Position numbers and translations under genes: made by a program. A stretch of DNA of 63,973 nt, counting the filler, from Streblomastix strix (taxonomy: Eukaryota), in assembly GCA_008636045.1 (NCBI GenBank). It is 3 parts of 3 records of this genome, joined end to end, with 100 filler letters (N's around TTAATTAATTAA, not from the genome) between each part and the next. Parts side by side here need not be neighbours in the genome. Positions count along the whole stretch, not along the records: positions 43,524 to 63,973 come from SNRW01000431.1; 2 more parts are not named here. One strand, 5' to 3'. The notes under the pieces were generated by a model that saw only the letters and a program-made list of their open reading frames with translations, was not told the origin of the DNA and did no database searches. Shown here piece by piece: positions 57,716 through 63,973 of this stretch. Numbering within the stretch: position 1 is the stretch's first letter; each line of letters opens with the position of its first letter.

Positions 57716-59963
57716 TAAACTTTGGAAGGGAGAAATAGAGAGAAAAATGGAGTAAATAGCTAAAAATTAAATATTTTACAGAAACCTAAGAAGATCTATA
57801 ATATTGGTGCATTAGACAGGAATAGATCACCAATCAATGAGATTTTTGAAAGAAATCATTCTTAAACCCATAAAACTGGTTATAAATATGATTAATTTGG
57901 AAATCCACTGGCATCCATGAAAGTAGATCCTCCGACAGGAAGTAAAAATTAGACTAAAGTGAAGATATACTATATTGCTACATCATAACTAAATTGTAAT
58001 TCAGCATCATAAGAAAAATTTTGGAAAAAAAACTCTTAGGAATATCAATGAAAAATAAATGTAAGTAAATTAAATAACACCTTAGATAAATATTTTTGAA
58101 AAACCCATTTTTAAATGACCTTCATGATCTGTACGTTGTTAGAATTCCTCATTTTTCATATTAATGTACCGTAATAAGTATTTTTAAGAATATAAATATT
58201 TCTGGAAAAATCCTACGGTACAAAAAAGAATATTTATAATTTTTAACTAATTTCTAAAAATAAAAATAAACAAAACTCAAAAATACCTCAAAACTCTTCC
58301 CTAAGGTACAAGGTTAAAATCCAGATAAATTCATCATAAAATAAAAACATATAAAAATATCATAAAATCCAAAATCAAAGATAAATAAATACAAATAAAA
58401 ATTAAAAATTAAATGAGAATAAAATATCTGATTAAATTGATAAAATTTCAATTATAATCTTAAACAACTAAATTGTCTTTAAATTTTGATTTTAAAATAT
58501 TATATTTTGAATTGTGCCTTTAATTCTGTTTTAATTTCTAACTAAACTTTAAAGCAATTTAAAGAGAAAATTGAAGCAATGAAAGCAAAATTTTTATAAG
58601 TGTTCAAAGTTATGCTTCGTTCTTAATCATAAACTTTTAAAAATTTGTCATTTTTTAACACTTTGAGAAACCATTCAAATAAATTAACATTAACATTGTA
58701 TATTCAAGATACAAAATTTGTTAATATATATTTATTTATCTACATGTCCTTGGCGGCAGTTAATTCAAAATAAAATTAAATGAAAAAAATTGTGCAAAGT
58801 TACGCATCGGAGGGTTTATATTCATAAAGATATTATATAGTTTCAAATACTATTCCAAAGTTTTTGTTTCAGAATTAAAAATTTATATTTTGAGTAAAAA
58901 TTTTTTAGGAAAATATTTTTATCAGGGACTACCCAGATATTCGTGTATGTTCATATTTTAAATAATTAATTTAAATTCTTTAATATTATTATCCATCCCG
59001 TAAGTTAATCATAATTTCAATAAAAATATGAGTTTAGATTATTCAGAAAGATAAAAATAATATAAATTTTATAAAATATTTTGCCCAGATAGTTAAATAA
59101 TAAACATTTAATATTATTATTATATTTATTAATTCAAACTAAGTGCAAATATAATAAAATTGAAACGTTTAAAAGTAAGATTACTAAAAAATCTTTAAAC
59201 TCGTTTTTCTTTTTCAATTTATTCAAATTTCATTAAATTTACGATAATTTTTAAATGGTATCGATTAGAATTAAAAATAAGTATTATGACTCATTAGTAA
59301 AGTATATCTATATTTATAATGAATTTTATTTAATAGTATTATTTAATAACTACTAAATTATAATAAATTTCGATTTGAATTAATTGATTTCATCAAAACT
59401 AACCTTTATAATTTTATTTTGAGAAAAATACATTTTCCAAGTAAAATGGAAAATAAACCTTTTTCATATTTATTGATTTTGTATTAATTTTTGCAAAAAT
59501 CATTTTAATTGTTGGATAGATACTATTGAAATACACAAACTTAAAAATGCTTTATTCTAGTCGCACTATCCTATTAATTATATTACTATGTATCTATTTA
59601 CATTTATACAAAATATTTGATCAATATTTCTTATATAACCAGTAGAAAGACTCTAATTTCATCATTTAATTAAAGTTTTTTCCTAATTTCTTGCTGCACT
59701 TTGCATACATTAATGAGTTTGATATCTGATATATTTCAAATTTATATAACTATTATTATCAATTTGTTTATTTTATTATTTTTATCCAAAATTTAGCAAC
59801 TAAACTTTAGGAAGGAAAACTTTATAAAAATCAAAAAATGCAATTTTGCACTATTTATCATAGTAGAGATATAGAACAAAAATTTTGGAACCTATGATTT
59901 TCCGTATTAAATTGACATCATTTGTCCCAGCCGCTGACACATCATCACTAGTGCAAAAATTAA

Positions 59964-60290
59964 ATCACAATGAACAGTGAAATATCACGAACATTTTAAG
60001 TTAAACGTCCACAACCAATTTTGTTCCGCAAATTGGAATCATAATCCTCACATTTCTGAGCAATACAACACATTAATCACAATCACAAGTGAACTATCAC
60101 GAACATTTTAAGTTAAACGTCCACAACCAATTTTGTTCCGCAAATTGGAATCATAATCCTCACATTTCTGAACAACGCAACACATTATTCACAATCACAA
60201 GTGAACTATCACGAACATTTTAAGTTAAATCTCAACAACTAATTTTGTTCCGCAAATTGGAACCATTTGTTCCACAACTAATGCAAAAAT
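59964..60290 (+). repeat. 112-bp tandem repeat (~2.7 copies) bordering the third Polinton
   Basis: GTGAA(A/C)TATCACGAACATTTTAAGTTAAA... starts at 59977, 60089 and 60201. Confidence 0.9.
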
Positions 60291-60293
60291 AAA

Positions 60294-60626
60294 TCAATCC
60301 GAATCAGAATCCGAATCAGAGTCAGGGTTAAGCTCTTAGTCTTCTCCCCAACACATTTTTTAGAACTCACGCCAATCTTTTATGTATTATTCACGTAATT
60401 TGTATTATTGTTCACTAACTGTTTCCATTTCATTAATATAATTATTAATTTCTTCAGCATTAATATTTTTAATTTTTTCTTCATAATCTTTTAATTAATC
60501 ATCTCTTAAAAGTAAACAGTATTTTGATTTCTACATTTTATGTAAATTATCAGAACAAATATTACCAATTAATTCTATCCTACCTTATTTATCTATGTAA
60601 ACAAGATTCCAACTAATTAATTTCAT
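60294..60626 (-). CDS. Small hypothetical protein with acidic (DS)n tail; probable frameshift
   Basis: MKLISWNLVYIDKQGRIELIG...WREFQKMCWGEDQELNPDSDSDSDSD*. Confidence 0.45.
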
Positions 60627-60660
60627 TTCAATGAAAATAAAAATAAAAAATAATACATTC

Positions 60661-61857
60661 TCACTCTACTTCTGCATCCTCATCTTCGATAACATAATCA
60701 TTTAAATCATTATTGAATGTATATGGTAGTAATCTTGCATTTTTTAGTGTCTTTCCTTCAGCAAATGTAGGTGCTCGTCGTGCTCTTATTTTTAGCATAG
60801 CTTTATTATATCTTTCTAATTCTTCATTTCTTTTCGCATCCCTTTTATCTCTCACAGCACGAATAGTTGCAGCAGATGGTACAACAAAGATTTTATCCCC
60901 ATTATCATCAACAGTGGTAGGAATATCACCTAATTATACGTTCCAAAACGCTGCATAACCTACTTATATTAATTTCTCCATTTAATTATCTCTTTATTCA
61001 GTATGACCATTTATGAAATATTAATCATATGCTTATTTTATTGCTTTACTCAATTTCTTATATATCGCCAATGATGTTGCATTACCATCAACGAATGATT
61101 ATGCTTAATAAGATTTATCATAATATTATAACAACCATGGTGCAATAACTCCTTTCCATATTCTTCCTCCAATAACAGAATATACTTAAGCTATAGTATA
61201 ACCACGCTCCTTCAAGAATGGGGATAAATAATTTTTAATGAAATGTCTATAACCAGTTGCGGGATTATCTTCTTACTTCCATGCCTTATAATGTTTCGCT
61301 TCACGATCAGCTTTAGTAGGATTTTCTGTGAAATATTTAGTCACTCTTTATCGCTTTATGGGAGCAGTAACTCTCAATCCATCAGCTGATTGAATAAAAC
61401 CTCTATGATCACGAATAACAAATTCAGGATAATTATCTCCATTAATATCTTCTTCCAATCCTTTCCATTCTGTATATTTTATTTTGTCTGTATCTTTTTT
61501 ATGTTTTCTCCATTCTTGAAATGAAAGTGGATTTGACCACACTTTCTTGAATTGAATATCTTTATTTTTACCAATTAAATCCATTAGTGGAGCATATGCT
61601 TATTGTCTAGATTGCTATAATACCTTATTTCGATTCTCTTTTGCCAAAGCACTATATTTTTTATAATCATCATTTTCTTTCAGTTTATCAAAATCTTCTA
61701 TTCTTTGTGTTATTTATTTACTATATGTTTCATATGGTTGTATTAATCCCTTATATTCATAGTAATCTGTACCTTATTTCCTAGGTTTAGTGCGTGAACG
61801 ATATCCTAACGTTGATGCCACAGATGATGCCGAATTAGGTTAAATTTCTTCTTCCAT
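60661..61857 (-). CDS. Conserved hypothetical Maverick protein (398 aa)
   Basis: Code-6 ORF from MEEEIQPNSASSVASTLGYRSR to YVIEDEDAEVE*, joining two fragments of the supplied ORF track. Includes EDINGDNYPEFVI. Confidence 0.75.
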
Positions 61858-61919
61858 TTATTATAAACAAAAAAATAGATACTAACTGCATATCAATCCT
61901 TAGTTTCAACTGTTAATAA

Positions 61920-62705
61920 ATGACAAATAATTCGTTGACGGAATATGTAAATGAGTTATTAGAGAGCTAAGTCACTAATAAACATGAAGTATAAAGTACA
62001 GTTCACAAAGAAATTAACTTCACATATAATTCTATTAACTTACTTATAGGCTAGAGAGGAAGCGGAAAATCTTATAATGTATTCAAAGAATTAATCAAAT
62101 TGAGTTAAATTAAGAATTATTACACACTATTTATATATGTTACTGATAGCAACAACGATTAAACATACAAAAAAATGAGTAAATTAATTAACATTCCAAC
62201 AAAGATTGTTACTTATGGTGAGATTGATGGTGTACTTAATGATTTAATTGAAGCAAAAGCAGCTTACGATGCAGTAATAGAGTAACATCTAATAAATTAA
62301 CTTACATAGGATTCTAAGTAGGATATTCTTACAACCATTGGTGCATAGAATTTTAAAATGAAATATCCCCACACCCTAGTTCTATTCGATGATGCAATGT
62401 CAGTATTCAAAAATAAGCAATTACCATTATTCAAAAAATTATTCAAGAACAGATAGCCAAGAATCACTTATTTCCTATGCTTATAAGACATAATTGGACT
62501 TGATGCAAGCATTAAAGCTAATGTGGATACAATATACTTTTTCGGTGGATTCAACCGCTAGAAATTTAACTTATTTTATTATTAATCTTCTATACCATTC
62601 GATAAAGATAAAGTGTGGGAATAATACATATAATTAACAAAGCGATAGGCATTAATAGTATAATACAGTAATGATGGTACAAAAATAAAAATATTAGAAT
62701 CATGA
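61920..62705 (+). CDS. A32-like DNA packaging ATPase (261 aa, intact)
   Basis: Walker A LLIGQRGSGKS, Walker B LVLFDDA, and KNRQPRITYFLCLQD. Confidence 0.9.
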
Positions 62706-63068
62706 AATTTCATCAATTGAAATAATTTCTTTATCAATTAATACACTAATTAACTTATCCAATTAATTCTAAGAGTTATCACAAGCATCATTTTCTATTT
62801 TTTCATTACTTGTGGGGCACTTTCTCAAACTGATTATACCTTACAGCTTAGTAATACAATACCCTTTAACTTTAAATGTCTTATTTAATTTTTATGTAGT
62901 CATCTAATCCATTAATTCCTTATTTAATACAAGATACTATTTGAATTCATCAACTGTATCAAATGTCACTAATTCAGGTTAATACTTCTCTAATATCTTC
63001 AATTATGGTAAATTATTGTTCAATTTATTAACTACCTTCTATTTGCTATCGAATATTACTCGGCTCAT
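62700..63068 (-). CDS. Conserved hypothetical Maverick protein (122 aa)
   Basis: Intact ORF MSRVIFDSKQ...FDTVDEFKQYL...MTTQKLNKTFKVKGYCITK. Confidence 0.7.
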
Positions 63069-63097
63069 TTTATTTGAAACAAAATCATAATATTTCA

Positions 63098-63469
63098 TCA
63101 ATATACTAAATAAATTTCAAGTATAAACGATATATTATTTGGATCAATTAATTCGCCATCAATATTCATAAACCAAAATTTTACGTCTCTATCGTGATTT
63201 AATTAACGAAAGTGCTTTTCTGTACACTATTCATCACAAATACCTACATATTATTCATTATCTTAATCTTCTTACACAAATGATGCATGTAAATAAACAT
63301 CTTCACCAAGTACTTATTTATTTGTTCTACATTATACAAATATTATCTCTCTATTATTTTTTGATGTGATAAATTCTACAGGTAATTCAAATTGATTAAC
63401 CCCTTCTTCCTTTTGTATAGTTGAATTAAAAGTTAATATCATTCTTTTTCTGTTAAGTTATGAGATCAT
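63098..63469 (-). CDS. Putative minor capsid (single jelly-roll) protein (123 aa)
   Basis: FELPVEFI..LHASFV..VKFWFMNIDGELID..FILEIYLVY*. Beta-rich and directly downstream of the MCP. Confidence 0.6.
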
Positions 63470-63495
63470 TTTATACTCAAAAATAAACTAGAGTT

Positions 63496-63973
63496 TCATC
63501 CTTCAATCTAACTTATAACTTCATCAAATGTGTTATTAACATCATAAACACATGTACCTCCATTAGCGGGCCCAAATAACCAGAAAGTATCATGTATAGT
63601 ACATAGAATTGGTGGAGGGGGTCTCTTACCCATTAAATCAACATTATAATAACAATCTGTATCACCCTGATAAATTGGTGCTCCTCTTAATTCCACTGAT
63701 ACATTTTAATTCTAAGTATCTAATCCATCAAAAGTTAGTGCGCCGTTGCTATTCCTTTCACATTATAGTGTAATCATGAATGATGTAAGATCAGTATGAG
63801 GATTTAATCTTCTTAAAGCAGTGTTTCTTGGTGTTGTCAAAGCATCTTCGAATTCATCAGTTGCTTCGAATAACAGATCTAGATTACTTGCATTCAATTA
63901 CATTTAGAAGAATTATTAATCTAGTGTATTCATCGGCATATCTGGGAAATTTCTTCCGCATGTTGTAACTTAC
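63496..63973 (-). CDS. Major capsid protein, C-terminal part (Trichomonas Maverick/DUF4106-like)
   Basis: QVTTCGRNFPDMPMNTLDQQFF...QCERNSNGALTFDGLDTQ..VELRGAPIYQG..KRPPPPILCTIHDTFWLF. The FxGLD motif sits near the C-terminus as in Polinton double jelly-roll MCPs. The family is recognised from memory, not by search. Confidence 0.8.

Larger units (their letters stand above)
59964..63973. mobile_element. Maverick/Polinton structural module (continues past the window end)
   Basis: Tightly packed intronless ORFs: MCP, mCP, ATPase and conserved hypotheticals. The left boundary is uncertain. Confidence 0.85.

Noticed and set aside
59964..60290. Possible CRISPR-like array
   Set aside because: Whole 112-bp units repeat with no unique spacers, there are no cas genes, and the context is eukaryotic.

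Overview
AT-rich eukaryotic DNA made of three contigs (1-21673, 21774-43423, 43524-63973) joined by artificial N/TTAATTAATTAA spacers. Genes read through only if TAA and TAG encode Gln and TGA is the sole stop (code 6), so the supplied ORF track is mostly misleading. The code, the short AT-rich introns and the gene families suggest an oxymonad such as Streblomastix strix (inference). Three different Polinton/Maverick-class elements dominate the window. (1) A compact ~8 kb element (11346-19324) carries pPolB and a retroviral-type integrase, has ~275 bp TIRs and a 6-bp TSD, shows no capsid genes, and is inserted in a Merlin (IS1595/ISXO2-like) transposase. (2) The right part of a virus-like element (21774-34351) carries a packaging ATPase, two modular tail-fibre-like genes, an HNH nuclease, a candidate minor capsid, TAAATG gene starts, a dispersed intergenic motif and a fold-back terminus. 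(3) A largely intact structural module (about 59960-63973) has a major capsid, minor capsid and ATPase resembling Trichomonas Maverick proteins. Host genes are a large multipass membrane protein with a C-terminal hemerythrin domain and a (TAA)37 polyQ tract, a NEK-like kinase with two UBR-box-like zinc fingers, and an ARM-like repeat protein. hAT-like non-autonomous elements are also present. All translations were done by hand and no database search was run, so coordinates of degraded or intron-containing genes are approximate.
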